Of a DNA stretch of 64,000 nt, positions 44,493 through 56,815 are shown one piece after another. The position numbers and the translations under genes are program-made. Origin of the DNA: Anaeromyxobacteraceae bacterium (GTDB lineage: Bacteria; Myxococcota; Myxococcia; Myxococcales; Anaeromyxobacteraceae); assembly GCA_047602405.1 (NCBI GenBank), contig JASGHJ010000001.1, forward strand, positions 288,001 to 352,000. The letters are read 5' to 3'. Each line of letters begins with the position of its first letter. Within the stretch, counting starts at the first letter, position 1. The notes under the pieces are model-generated. The model searched no databases, was not told the origin of the DNA, and saw only the letters and a list, made by a program, of their open reading frames with translations.

Positions 44493-46669
44493 TCAGCCGT
44501 GGAACGGCTTCGCGGCCCTGCCCTTCTCGACCAGGAGCGGCGCCGGGGCGAACCGCTCGCCGTGCTTCGCGCGCAGCCGCTCCATGCGCTCGAGGAGCGC
44601 ACCCGTGCCGACCGAGTCCGCCCACCGGAACGGCCCGCCCAGGAACGGCGGGAAGCCGAGGCCGAACACCGCGCCGATGTCGCCGTCGCGGGCGCTGCGG
44701 AGGATGCCCTCACCCAGGCAGAGGATCGCCTCGTTGACCATCTGGAGCGCGACGCGCTCGCGGATCTCCTCGTGAGGGATCTCTTGCGGGTGCGACCGCC
44801 CGGCAACAGGTCGTACACGGTCTCGTCGACGCGCTTCTCCTTGTCGTCGTACGTGTAGAAGCCCTTCCTGTTCTTCCGGCCCAGGCGCCCTGCCGCGACG
44901 ACGTCGTGCAGCGCCTCGGGCGGCGTCATGCGCGCGCCGAAGGCGCCGTGCAGGATCTTGCCGACCTTGTCGCCGACGTCGATGCCGACCTCGTCGAGGA
45001 GCGTGATCGGGCCGACCGGGAAGCCGAACTCGACGAGCGCGCGGTCGAGGTCCTCGATCGCGGCGCCCTCCACGAGGAGCTGCGCGGCCTCGTTCATGTA
45101 CGGCCCGAGGATGCGGCTCGTGTAGAAGCCCGGGCCGTCCCGCACCACGATGACGGTCTTCCCCTGCTTCTTGCCCACCGCCACCGCGGTCGCCGTCGCC
45201 TCCGGGGAGGTCCGGTCGGTGACGATGATCTCGAGGAGCGGCATCTTGTTGACCGGCGAGAAGTAGTGCATCCCGAGCACGGTCTCGGGGTGCCTCGACG
45301 CCTTCGCGATGTCGCCGATCGGGATCGACGAGGTGTTCGACGCGAAGATGCCGGTCGGGTTCACCTCCTCGAACGCCTTCACCATCGCCTGCTTGAGCGC
45401 GAGGTCCTCGAAGACCGCCTCGATCAGCACCTCGGTGGCCGCGAAGCCGGACCAGTCGGTGGTGGTGGTGAGGAGCCGCATGGTGGCGGCGCGGTCGAGC
45501 TTGTCCATCGACTTGCGCTTCACGCGCTCGTCGAGGATCTGCTTCACCGAGGCGAGCGCCTTCGCGCCGGCCGCGTCGTCCCGCTCGCGCAGGCGCACCG
45601 GGATCCCGGCGCCGACGGTGACGTAGGCGATGCCGGAGCCCATGAGCCCGCCGCCGAGCACGCCCACCGCGTTCACCTTGCGCGGCTTCACCGAGGCGTC
45701 GTCGACGCCGGAGTCCTTCTTGAGCGCGGTGGTCGCGAAGAAGATCTCGATCAGCCGCTTCGCGACCGGGGTGACCGCGAGCTTCCCGAAGGCCCTCGCC
45801 TCGGCGAGGAGCCCCTTCTCCATCCCGCCCGCGTAGCCCTCCTCGACCACGTCGATCGCGGCGAGCGGCGCGGGGTAGTGGCCGCGGGTCTTCTTGAGGA
45901 CCTGCTTGCGCGCCTGGGAGAAGAGCAGCTGGCGGCCGAGGAAGTTCTCCTCGAGGGCCAGCTGCGTCGCCCGCTCCATGGCGCCCTTCTTCGGCGGCGG
46001 CGGGCGGCGGAACTTGCCCTCGCCGATGGCGCGGGCGCGCTCGCGCGCCACCTGGACGAGGAGCGCGGGCGGGACGACCTCGTCCACGAGCCCGAGCCGG
46101 AGCGCCTTCTTCGCCTTCACGCTCTTGCCGGCGAGGATGATGTCGAGCGCGGCGGCGATGCCGATGAGGCGGGGCAGCCGCTGGGTGCCGCCCGCGCCGG
46201 GGATGAGGCCGAGCTGGGTCTCGGGGAGGCCGAGCTGCGTCTTCGGATCGGACGAGGCGATGCGGTACTGGCACGCGAGCGCCCACTCGAGGCCGCCGCC
46301 CAGCGCCGCGCCGTGGATCGCGGCGATCACCGGCTTCTTCGAGGCGGCGAGGCGGTCGAAGCCGAGCTGGCCCTCGCGCGAGAGCTGCTCGGCCTCCTCG
46401 GCGGTCTCGACCGCCTGGAGCATGTCGATCTTCGCGCCGGCGATGAAGCCTTCCTTCTTGCCGCTCGTGAAGACGATGCCCTTCACCGCGGCGTCGCCCT
46501 GGAGCTGCTCGAGGATCGCCGCGAACTCGGCGCCCACGCCCGGCTCGACCACGTTCAGGGTCTCGCCGGGCTCGTCGAGCCAGAGGGTGGCGACGCCGTC
46601 CGCCACCTCCACCTTGAAGTTCTTCCAGCCGCCCGCCGCCTGCTTCGCCTGCGCCGTCGCCGTCGTCAT
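44493..46669 (-). CDS. fadJ: Fatty acid oxidation complex alpha subunit (frameshift near 44783)
   Basis: FIAGAKI, LGGGLE, LGLPETQLGLIPGAGGTQRLPR, GGGLMGSG, ASNTSS, HYFSP, GFPPFLGGP. Confidence 0.93.
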
Positions 46670-46684
46670 GGTCGGGTCTCCCTG

Positions 46685-47989
46685 CTAGTCGCGCTCGAGG
46701 ACGAGGACCGCGCCGAGGGCGCCCGCGGCGCAGACCGTCAGCATCGCGGTGTGGCCGTCGCGCCGCTCGAGCTCGCGGAGCGTCTGGGTGATCATGCGCG
46801 CGCCGGTCGCCGCGAAGGGGTGGCCGATCGCGATCGAGCCGCCGTTCACGTTGAGCTTCGCGGGGTCGACCTCGCCGAGGGGCTCCTTGCGGCCGAGCTC
46901 CTTCTCCGCGAAGTCCTTCGAGGCGAACGCCTTCAGGTTCGAGAGCACCTGGGCGGCGAAGGCCTCGTGCATGTCCACGAGGTCGAGATCCTGGAGCTTC
47001 AGGCCCGCGCGCTCGAGCGCGATGGGCGCCGCGTAGGCCGGACCCTGCAGGAGCTGGTCCTTCGGGTCGAGCGCGGCGTAGGCCCAGCTCCTGATGTAGC
47101 CGAGGGGCTTCAACCCCAGCGCCTTCGCCTTCTCCTCGGCCATCACGATCACCGCCGCGGCGCCGTCGGTGAGCGGCGAGGCGTTGCCGGCGGTGATGGA
47201 GCCGTAGCGCTTGTCGAAGACGGGCCTGAGCTGCGAGAGCGCCTCGACGGTGGTGTCCTTGCGGACGATGTTGTCCTTCGCGGCGACCCGCTCGTACCTC
47301 GGCGGCACCGCGACGTGCATCACCTCGGCGTCGAACTTGCCCGCCTCCCAGGCGGCGGCCGCGCGCCGGTGGCTCTCGTAGGCGAGCCGGTCCTGGCTCT
47401 CGCGGGAGATGCCGTTCTTCTGCGCCATCTGCTCGGCGCTCTCGCCCATGGTGAGGCCGGTGGTGGGCTCCTTCAGCGCCGGGGGTACCGGGGTGAAGTC
47501 CTTCGGGCGGAGCGTGGAGAGGATCTTGAGGCGGTCGGGGACCGTCTTCGCCCTCGAGAGCTCGACGAGCGTCTGGGCGAGGGTGCGGGTCGCGAAGATG
47601 GGCGCATCCGAGATCGACTCGGCGCCGCCGGCGATGGCGACGTCGGAGTTGCCGAGCGCGATCTGCGAGGCGGCGTCGGTGGCGGCCTGGATCGAGGTGG
47701 CGCACGCCCGGGCGACGGTGTTCGCCTGCACCGAGCGCGGGAGCTGGCTGCGCAGCACCATCTCGCGCCCGATCAGCGTCACGTTCACGGACGGCACGAC
47801 CTGCCCGAAGATCACCGAGTCGAACTCCTTCGGCGCGATCCCGCTGCGCACCACGAGCTCGTTCACGACCGCGGCGCCGAGGTCGACGGCCGACAGGTCC
47901 TTGAACTCGGTGCCCGCCTTCACGAAGGGCGTCCTGAGGCCCATGACGACCGCGGCCCGCCGGCCCGCGGGGATTCGGTTCTGGCCCAT
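46685..47989 (-). CDS. fadI: Acetyl-CoA C-acyltransferase (thiolase)
   Basis: RACATS, MHEAFAAQ, GGSIAIGHPFAATG, CAAGALG. Confidence 0.93.
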   Translation of the reverse strand: MGQNRIPAGRRAAVVMGLRTPFVKAGTEFKDLSAVDLGAAVVNELVVRSGIAPKEFDSVIFGQVVPSVNVTLIGREMVLRSQLPRSVQANTVARACATSIQAATDAASQIALGNSDVAIAGGAESISDAPIFATRTLAQTLVELSRAKTVPDRLKILSTLRPKDFTPVPPALKEPTTGLTMGESAEQMAQKNGISRESQDRLAYESHRRAAAAWEAGKFDAEVMHVAVPPRYERVAAKDNIVRKDTTVEALSQLRPVFDKRYGSITAGNASPLTDGAAAVIVMAEEKAKALGLKPLGYIRSWAYAALDPKDQLLQGPAYAAPIALERAGLKLQDLDLVDMHEAFAAQVLSNLKAFASKDFAEKELGRKEPLGEVDPAKLNVNGGSIAIGHPFAATGARMITQTLRELERRDGHTAMLTVCAAGALGAVLVLERD

Positions 47990-48144
47990 GGTCAGCTCCG
48001 CTGATTCTGGAATCGGTTGGACTGCGACATTCTTACTAGGGGCCTTAGCGCACCGTGTCAACGACGGCGGCAGGCAGGCCCCTGCCGGGTCTCCTGCGGG
48101 GGTCCGGGGTTGCGCCGGCCCTTCCTCGCGGCCAAGGGAATGGG

Positions 48145-48594
48145 ATGAAGCGCTCCCGAGCCCTCCGGCCGCTCTCGTCCGAGCACCACCAGGCATTGCT
48201 CGTCGCGTTCAAGGTCCGGAAGGCCCTCGCCGGGCACGCCGAGGCCGCCGGCGCGCCCCGCGACCTGCCCGGGCTCGTGCAGCTCGTCCGGCGCTTCGAC
48301 GAGCAGCTCCTGACGCCGCACACGAAGGCCGAGGAGGAGCTCCTCGGCGCGTACCTGACCGAGGGCGACATGGCCCGGCTGCGCGAGGAGCACCTCGAGC
48401 TGCGCCGGCTCGCGGCGGCTGCACGGACCGCCCAGGGGGACGACGCCCGTCACCACCTCTCTGCCTTCGCGGACCTGCTCGAGCGCCACGTGCGCTGGGA
48501 GGAGCGCGACCTCTTCCCGTATGCGGAGGATCACGTCGACCCCGCCACGCTCGAGGGGATCGGCGGGGAGATCGAGAAGCGGCTGGTGCGTTAG
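48145..48594 (+). CDS. Hemerythrin-like domain protein
   Basis: LSSEHH, HTKAEE, EEH and HVRWEERDLF motifs. Confidence 0.8.
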   Translation: MKRSRALRPLSSEHHQALLVAFKVRKALAGHAEAAGAPRDLPGLVQLVRRFDEQLLTPHTKAEEELLGAYLTEGDMARLREEHLELRRLAAAARTAQGDDARHHLSAFADLLERHVRWEERDLFPYAEDHVDPATLEGIGGEIEKRLVR

Positions 48595-48597
48595 GGC

Positions 48598-48642
48598 GTC
48601 CCTCGTCTCCGGGCCCGCTGCGCGGGCCCTACGGCCGGGACG
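48598..48642 (-). repeat. REP-like palindromic repeat, copy 2
   Basis: GTAG-GGCCCGCGCAGCGGGCC-CGGAGACGAGGG on the minus strand, between convergent genes. Confidence 0.7.
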
Positions 48643-48657
48643 GACGGATGCTGGACC

Positions 48658-49635
48658 TCAATCGCTGGATTCGGAGGGCCCGCCGCTCTTCGCGACGTCC
48701 TCGGCCTTGATCTTCCCGGGGTCCATGCCCGAGGCGCGCTTCGTCATCGTCTCCAGGAGCTCGTCGAAGGGCGGCACGCTGCCCTTCATGAACCGGAGCG
48801 GGTTGATGCGCGCGACCACGAAGGCCTTCAGGTAGGGCGAGTCGAAGCCCTTCGCCTTGAGCCGCTCGACCGCGCCCGCGACCGCGTCGTCGAGCCCGAG
48901 CACGAGCTTCGCCCGGCGCTCGCGCTCCTCGAGCGCCTTCGAGCACTTCTGGTCGAGGAAGCCGTCGATCTTCTTCAGCACCGGCGAGTACGCGCCGCCG
49001 GAGAGCCGGCCGCGCTGCTCGTAGCAGAACCCGAGCGTCACGAGCGAGGGCTCCTCGAACTCGAGGGCCATCTCGGACTCCTTCGGGTCGAGGGAGCCGG
49101 CGAGGTCGCGGTACATCCGCACGACCTCGAGCGCCTTCTCGCGGAGGTTGTGCGCCTTCTCGATGTTGAGCGCGAGGATCTGGTAGGCGACGACCTTCTC
49201 CGGCACGACGAGCGCCAGCACCGCCTTCGCGCCGAGCTCCTTGAGCGCGGTGAGGCGGTGGCCGCCGTTCGGCGAGAGGTACCGGTCGCCCTCGCGGATG
49301 CAGATGATGGGGTCGAGGTACCGCTTCGTCTTGTCCATCGCGAGCGTCAGCTTGCGCACGTGGGCGTCGGAGACGTCGCGCTGGAAGACGGTGCGGTCGA
49401 CCTTCTCGATGGGGAGCGACGCGAAGAGGAGCGGGTTCCCGCCGAGCGGCTCCCGGTACGCGGCGAGCACCGCCCCGCCGTCCGCCTCGATCGCCTCGGC
49501 GAGCGCCGCGACCTCGGACGGCCGCTCGGCGAGCACGAGCTCCTTCGGGCCGAGCTCGGTCGGCTTCAGCTTCACGCCCTTGCGGGCGCGGGGGCGCCCG
49601 CTCTTCGTCACCGGCCGCTTCTTCGTCGTCGCCAT
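48658..49635 (-). CDS. ParB/Sulfiredoxin N-terminal domain protein
   Basis: FQRD...YLDPII...SPNGGHRL...ALNIEKAH; basic N-terminal tail. Confidence 0.7.
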   Translation of the reverse strand: MATTKKRPVTKSGRPRARKGVKLKPTELGPKELVLAERPSEVAALAEAIEADGGAVLAAYREPLGGNPLLFASLPIEKVDRTVFQRDVSDAHVRKLTLAMDKTKRYLDPIICIREGDRYLSPNGGHRLTALKELGAKAVLALVVPEKVVAYQILALNIEKAHNLREKALEVVRMYRDLAGSLDPKESEMALEFEEPSLVTLGFCYEQRGRLSGGAYSPVLKKIDGFLDQKCSKALEERERRAKLVLGLDDAVAGAVERLKAKGFDSPYLKAFVVARINPLRFMKGSVPPFDELLETMTKRASGMDPGKIKAEDVAKSGGPSESSD

Positions 49636-49648
49636 GCCCTCGATTCTA

Positions 49649-50842
49649 AACGACCGTTCGTGATTCGCGATCAGCGGCAAGGCCGCGGACCGCAGGGAGA
49701 AAGTTGAAAGGGAAGGTCAACCCATCGATCGTTGCGGTTGCGAGACCAGCAGCGAACTCGGAGGAGACCTTCCCGTGCACAACATACCGCGGCTCGATCG
49801 TGCCGTGCGACGCAGACTGATCCGCCGCGCCAAGAAGACCAAGGACCCGCACACCGCCCTCCGCTTCCTCATGATCGCCAAGCTCGGACAAGGACTCTCT
49901 CGACAGCAGGTCGCCCGCGACCTCGCCTGCGTCCCGTCCACCGTGGTGAAGGCGGCGCAGCGGTTCGCCGACGCTGGGGAGGAGGGCCTGCTCGACCAGC
50001 GCGCCTTCAACGGCGTCCGCAAGGTGGACCTCCGGTTCAAGGAAGAGCTCGAGCGGGTTCTGCACTCGGTCCCGACCGAGTTCGGCTGGCAGCGCACGAC
50101 CTGGACCCGCGAGCTGCTCGGCTGCGAGTTGGAGCGGCGCCAGCTCCCGCGAGTGGCTCCGTGCACGATGGGCCGGGCGCTCTCCGCGATCGGGGCGCGG
50201 CTCAGGATGCCGAAGCCGACGGTCGCCTGCCCCTGGGAAACAGGTCGCAGGAAGCGCGTGCTGGCGAGGTTGCGTCGCGTCGCCAAGAACGCCACGCCGG
50301 AGGAGCCGGTCTTCTACGAGGACGAGATGGACGTCCATCTCAACCCGAAGATCGGTCGCGACTGGATGCCGAGAGGGCTCCGGCGCTACGTGCTCACGCC
50401 CGGCCAGAACAGGAAGCGGTTCGTCGCCGGTGCGCTCAACGCCACGACCCGCAGGATGACCTGGGTGGAGGCGCCGACCAAGGCGAGCGAGCTCTTCCAC
50501 AAGCTCGTGTGGAAGCTCCTTGGCGAGTACCGCGCCGCGCGGCGCATCCACCTCATCCTCGACAACTACATCATCCACTCGAGCAAGAAGACGAAGCGCT
50601 TCCTCGCCCAGTTCGGCGACCGCGTCGTGCTGCACTTCCTGCCCCCGTACTGCCCCGACGACAACCGCATTGAGCGCGTGTGGCTCGACCTGCACGCCAA
50701 CGTGACGCGCAATCACCGCTGCAAGACGATCGAGGAACTGATGGTCCAAGTCATCGCCTTCCTGCGCGCCTACAACCAGCGGAAGAAGCTCAACCCTTCA
50801 CTCAAGCTCGCGGCCGGTGTTTCCGGATCGCGATCGGTCGTT
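49649..50842 (+). mobile_element. IS630-family insertion sequence
   Basis: Imperfect terminal IRs AACGACCGTTCGTGATTCG / AACGACCGATCGCGATCCG; TA duplicated at 49647-48 and 50843-44 (CTAG target). Confidence 0.92.
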
Positions 50843-50845
50843 TAG
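49775..50845 (+). CDS. IS630 family transposase
   Basis: N-terminal HTH, DDE triad in YEDE, LDNY and IERVW; FLPPYCP. Confidence 0.93.
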   Translation: MHNIPRLDRAVRRRLIRRAKKTKDPHTALRFLMIAKLGQGLSRQQVARDLACVPSTVVKAAQRFADAGEEGLLDQRAFNGVRKVDLRFKEELERVLHSVPTEFGWQRTTWTRELLGCELERRQLPRVAPCTMGRALSAIGARLRMPKPTVACPWETGRRKRVLARLRRVAKNATPEEPVFYEDEMDVHLNPKIGRDWMPRGLRRYVLTPGQNRKRFVAGALNATTRRMTWVEAPTKASELFHKLVWKLLGEYRAARRIHLILDNYIIHSSKKTKRFLAQFGDRVVLHFLPPYCPDDNRIERVWLDLHANVTRNHRCKTIEELMVQVIAFLRAYNQRKKLNPSLKLAAGVSGSRSVV

Positions 50846-50886
50846 CGGTAGCGGGCGCGCCGGCGGGGCGCTAGAAGGGGCATTCC

Positions 50887-51882
50887 GTGATCGACGTCCG
50901 CGGCCTCAAGAAGCACTACCAGGTGCACCGGCGGGAGCCCGGCCTCGGCGCCGCGCTGCGGTCCCTCTTCCGGCGGACGTACGACACCGTGAAGGCGGTG
51001 GACGGCATCGACTTCCAGGTGGCGGAGGGCGAGCGGGTGGGCTTCCTCGGCCCGAACGGCGCGGGCAAGACCACCACCCTCAAGATGCTCTCCGGGCTCC
51101 TCCACCCCACCGAGGGGGAGGTCACCGTCCGTGGATTCGTGCCGCGGCGCCGCGAGGTCGAGTTCCTGAAGTCGATCACGCTCGTGATGGGCCAGAAGCA
51201 GCAGCTCATCTGGGACCTGCCGCCCGCCGAGACGTTCGCGATGAACCGCGCGATCTACGACGTGCCGCGCGCCCAGTTCGAGGAGACGGTGAAGGAGCTC
51301 GTGGCGCTGCTCGAGCTCGACGACCTCGTGAAGAAGCCCACCCGGCAGCTCTCGCTGGGCGAGCGGATGAAGTGCGAGCTCGCCGCGGCGCTGCTGCACC
51401 GCCCGAAGGTGCTGTTCCTCGACGAGCCCACCATCGGCCTCGACGTCTCCATGCAGGCGACGGTGCGGGGCTTCGTGCGCTCGTACAACGAGCGGTTCGG
51501 CGCGACGGTGCTCCTCACGAGCCACTACATGGAGGACGTCGTGCAGCTCTGCCCGCGGGTGGTGGTCATCGACCGCGGGCACCTCATCTACGACGGGGAC
51601 CTCAAGGCGCTCGTGCAGAAGGTCCGCCCGGACAAGCGGATCTCGGTGCGCCTCGACGGCTCGCGCCCCGCGCCGTCGCAGGCCGACCTCGCCCGCTTCG
51701 GCACGGTGGTCTCGCAGGGGGCGGGGCAGGCGACGCTGCAGGTCGCCTCCGACGACGTCTCCGGCGCGGTGGGCCGGCTGCTCGCGGGCCTGCCCGTCGT
51801 CGACCTGACCGTCGAGGATCCGCCGCTCGAGGAGGTGCTCTCCGAGCTCTTCCGGTCGGCGCGACGCGCCGCGGCGTCGTGA
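50887..51882 (+). CDS. ABC-2-type transporter ATP-binding protein
   Basis: GPNGAGKTT, LSLGERMK, LFLDEPTIGLD, LTSHYM. Confidence 0.93.
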   Translation: MIDVRGLKKHYQVHRREPGLGAALRSLFRRTYDTVKAVDGIDFQVAEGERVGFLGPNGAGKTTTLKMLSGLLHPTEGEVTVRGFVPRRREVEFLKSITLVMGQKQQLIWDLPPAETFAMNRAIYDVPRAQFEETVKELVALLELDDLVKKPTRQLSLGERMKCELAAALLHRPKVLFLDEPTIGLDVSMQATVRGFVRSYNERFGATVLLTSHYMEDVVQLCPRVVVIDRGHLIYDGDLKALVQKVRPDKRISVRLDGSRPAPSQADLARFGTVVSQGAGQATLQVASDDVSGAVGRLLAGLPVVDLTVEDPPLEEVLSELFRSARRAAAS

Positions 51883-52010
51883 CCCTTCCCCCCGCGCCCG
51901 CGCCCGGGAGGTAGTCATTCCGGCGGCGGCTTCGCCGCCCCGACCGCGGCGATGGGTCGCTCCCTGGACGGGACCCTCGCTGCGCGTTCGAGGCGTTAGC
52001 ATCCGGGGCC

Positions 52011-53924
<1,914 letters not shown>

Positions 53925-53957
53925 CCGCGGCGCGGCAGCCCGAGGCGGCCCGCGGGC

Positions 53958-54719
53958 TCAGCGGTTGAACGGACAGCCCGCCCCGACGCAGGTCGGGTTC
54001 CGGCCCGCGTTCTCGCAGGCGAACCCGCGCGCGGACAGCTCGGCGCCGAGGCCGTCCTTCGCGAAGCGGGCGGCGGCGAGCACGGCGACGAGCGCGTTGC
54101 GGCGCATGCAGGCGGCGTCGTCGCCCGAGCCGATGATCGCCTGGGCGCGGGCGATCATCCGGTCCACGAGCGCGGCGTCGGGGCCGCCGCGCGACGCCTC
54201 GGCGGCGAGCGAGACGAAGGCGCCCGCCCCCGCGGCGGCGCCGCGGCCGTCGGGCCGGCCCAGCTTCACGGTCGGCGCGGCCCTCGCGCGGGCGCGCGCC
54301 TCGGAAACGCGGGCGGCGCGCTTGCCGGGCTCGTTGCGGGTGGTCGACCACGCGGCGACGAGCACCGACGGGACGAGCTGGTCGTGGTCGGCGGGTCCGA
54401 GGCGCAGGCGCGGGTGGCGGAGCAGGCGCAGCGCGAGCGCGACCGGATCCCGCTCGTCGGACGCGGCGCAGGTGCGCTCGACGACGTCGGCGGCCGGGCC
54501 GTCGAGGCAGGCGTCGCACACGGCGTGGCCGCGGCCGCAGCGCTCGGGGTGGGCGCCGGTGCGGCCGCAGAGCGTGCAGCCGGCCTCGCCCGCGCCCAGG
54601 AGCGCGTCGCCACAGACGAGGCACGCCGCGACGGCGGCCGGCGACGGCGCGCCCGGGGCCTTCACCCCTGGCGCGGGGGCCGGCCCGGTGCCGGTGGGCT
54701 TCTTCGACCAGAACGCCAC
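53958..54719 (-). CDS. Cys-rich DUF5714-like protein
   Basis: CLVCG...CTLCG...CGRGHAVCDAC; C-terminal C...NPTC...CPF. Confidence 0.65.
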   Translation of the reverse strand: MAFWSKKPTGTGPAPAPGVKAPGAPSPAAVAACLVCGDALLGAGEAGCTLCGRTGAHPERCGRGHAVCDACLDGPAADVVERTCAASDERDPVALALRLLRHPRLRLGPADHDQLVPSVLVAAWSTTRNEPGKRAARVSEARARARAAPTVKLGRPDGRGAAAGAGAFVSLAAEASRGGPDAALVDRMIARAQAIIGSGDDAACMRRNALVAVLAAARFAKDGLGAELSARGFACENAGRNPTCVGAGCPFNR

Positions 54720-54747
54720 GGCGGCAACTTAACCGACGCGCCCGGGG

Positions 54748-56010
54748 TCAGGGCAAGCCGCCGCCGGGCAGCGCCGCGCCGGCCGCGGCGATCACCTCGA
54801 CCGACGAGCGCTCGCCGAGCGCGAGGCCGTCGCCGCGGGCCTCCGCCTCCCCGAGCGCGACCACGTCCCCGCGCAGGAGCCCCTCGAAGCGGCGGTTCGC
54901 GTCGGTCACGTGGCGCTCCTGGAGCGCGAGCCCCATGCGCCCCTCGGGGCCGCAGCCCATGTAGCGCAGGCGCCCCTTCGACGGCAGCGGCTCGGAGACG
55001 ATCCGGAACACGCGGCCCGGCGGCGGCGGCGCCCAGGCCTCGCCCGGCGCGGCGACCGCGAGGTAGCTCATCTTCACGGCCTCGCGGCGCAGGCCCGCGG
55101 CCTTCGCGATCTGGGCGACGACCGGCGGCGGCTCCACCGGCCGCTCGGCGTGGCACCAGTCGGTCTCCTTCAGGAGCGCCGGGCACGCCCCGCGGAACAG
55201 GCAGGGCGCCCGCACCGCGAACCCCTTCGCGACGAGGAGGTCCCGCACGCGCAGGAGCGCGCGCGAGGTGTCCCGGAGCGCCGGCTCGACCACGAGCACG
55301 GTCCCGCCGGGCGCGACGAGCGCGAGCGCCTCCTCGACGAGCGCCGCGCGGCGCCGGTCCGCCTCCGCGGGCGGGAGCTCCTGGAAGAGCTCGTTGAGGA
55401 GGTGGCCCATCGTGACGACGTCCACGCGGCGGCCCTGCGCGAGCGCCGCGAGCGGCTGGCCGGGGGTCCAGACGCGGGTGGCGACGGGCTCCCCCGCGGC
55501 GACCGCGAGCGCGCGCGCGGCGTCGAGCGCCTTCGCGGAGCGATCGGCGAGGAGGACCTCGGCGGCGCCCGCGTCGAGCGCCGCGAGGCCGACGGGGCCG
55601 GGGCCGCTGCCGAGGTCGAGCACCGAGCGCGGCTTCGTGGGCAGCTCCGAGAGGACCCCGCGGGCCTGGAGGTAGGAGACCGGCCAGTAGAAGAGGAGGT
55701 ACGCGCCGAGGAGGCGCGCGTCGTCCATGTAGCGCGCGCCGGCGAGCTGGCGCTCGCGGGTGAGTCCCCTCGAGAGCTTCTCCACCGCGGCGGCGACCTG
55801 CCGGAGCTCGTCGGGGAGCAGCGTGTCGGCGGGCGGGCGGAGCGAGGACGGTGGCCGCGTGCCGAAGCGGCCCTGCGGCTCGGGGCGGCGGTTCCGCCGG
55901 TCGCGGCGATCCCGGCCCGGGTCCTGCCTGGCGGGCGCGCCCGAGGCCGCCCGCCAGGCGGCGAGCAGCCGGGGGATCCAGCGGGCGAGATCGGCGTCAG
56001 GGGCGGGCAT
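54748..56010 (-). CDS. Rsm22/METTL17-like SAM-dependent methyltransferase
   Basis: AYLLFYWP, VLDLGSGPG, VEPA, APCLFRGACP, WCH, CGPEG. Confidence 0.8.
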   Translation of the reverse strand: MPAPDADLARWIPRLLAAWRAASGAPARQDPGRDRRDRRNRRPEPQGRFGTRPPSSLRPPADTLLPDELRQVAAAVEKLSRGLTRERQLAGARYMDDARLLGAYLLFYWPVSYLQARGVLSELPTKPRSVLDLGSGPGPVGLAALDAGAAEVLLADRSAKALDAARALAVAAGEPVATRVWTPGQPLAALAQGRRVDVVTMGHLLNELFQELPPAEADRRRAALVEEALALVAPGGTVLVVEPALRDTSRALLRVRDLLVAKGFAVRAPCLFRGACPALLKETDWCHAERPVEPPPVVAQIAKAAGLRREAVKMSYLAVAAPGEAWAPPPPGRVFRIVSEPLPSKGRLRYMGCGPEGRMGLALQERHVTDANRRFEGLLRGDVVALGEAEARGDGLALGERSSVEVIAAAGAALPGGGLP

Positions 56011-56047
56011 CGCGGGGGTTCTACCGCGACGCCCGCCGCGCGTCGAT

Positions 56048-56752
56048 TCAGGCGAGGTCGAACAGCAGCACCTCGGCCGGCCCGGCGCCGCTCCCCCTGA
56101 GCGCGACCGCGTCCTCGGCCGAGAGCGCCGCGCCGTCGCCGGCGGCGAGCGCGGTGCCGTTCACGGTCACCGCGCCGCGGGCGACCTGGACCCACGCGTG
56201 CCGGCCGGGCGCGAGCGGGTGCCGCACCTCCTCGCCCTCCCCGAGCAGGGTGGCGTACACGCGCGCGTCGGCGTGGATCGCGAGCGACCCGTCGGCCTGC
56301 TCGGGCGAGGCGAGCAGGCGCAGCTTGCCCCGCCGCTGGTCCTCGCCGAAGAACTTCTGGTCGTACGAGGGGCGGAGCCCGGGCTTCGCGGGCAGGAGCC
56401 AGATCTGGAGGAAGTGCACCGGCGCGTCCTTCGAGCCGTTGAACTCCGAGTGCATGACCCCGGTGCCGGCGCTCATGCGCTGCACGTCCCCGGGCCGGAG
56501 CACCCCCCCGCCGCCGGTCGAGTCCTCGTGCGCGAGCGCGCCCTCGAGCACGTAGGAGACGATCTCCATGTCGCGGTGGCCGTGGCGGCCGAAGCCCTGC
56601 CCCGCCTGCACCACGTCCTCGTTGATGACGCGCAGGTTGCGGAAGCCCATGAAGTCGTCGTCGTGGTACGCGGCGAACGAGAAGGTGTGGCGGGTGTCGA
56701 GCCAGCCGTGGTCGAAGTGGCCGCGCGCGTCGGCCTTGCGGACGGTGATCAT
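56048..56752 (-). CDS. Pirin family protein
   Basis: HGWLDTRHTFSF, LRVINED, HGHRDMEI, MSAGTGVMHSE, FLQIW. Confidence 0.93.
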   Translation of the reverse strand: MITVRKADARGHFDHGWLDTRHTFSFAAYHDDDFMGFRNLRVINEDVVQAGQGFGRHGHRDMEIVSYVLEGALAHEDSTGGGGVLRPGDVQRMSAGTGVMHSEFNGSKDAPVHFLQIWLLPAKPGLRPSYDQKFFGEDQRRGKLRLLASPEQADGSLAIHADARVYATLLGEGEEVRHPLAPGRHAWVQVARGAVTVNGTALAAGDGAALSAEDAVALRGSGAGPAEVLLFDLA

Positions 56753-56815
56753 GCCCCTTCAGGTAACGCACGCGGGGGCCGCGTCGAGGCCACGCATGTG
56801 GCCTGAGGCCCGGGC

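Noticed and set aside
51920..51940. GGCGGC-TTCG-CCGCC hairpin as an ncRNA
   Set aside because: Single short stem after the ABC ATPase gene with no second copy seen; most likely a terminator-like hairpin.
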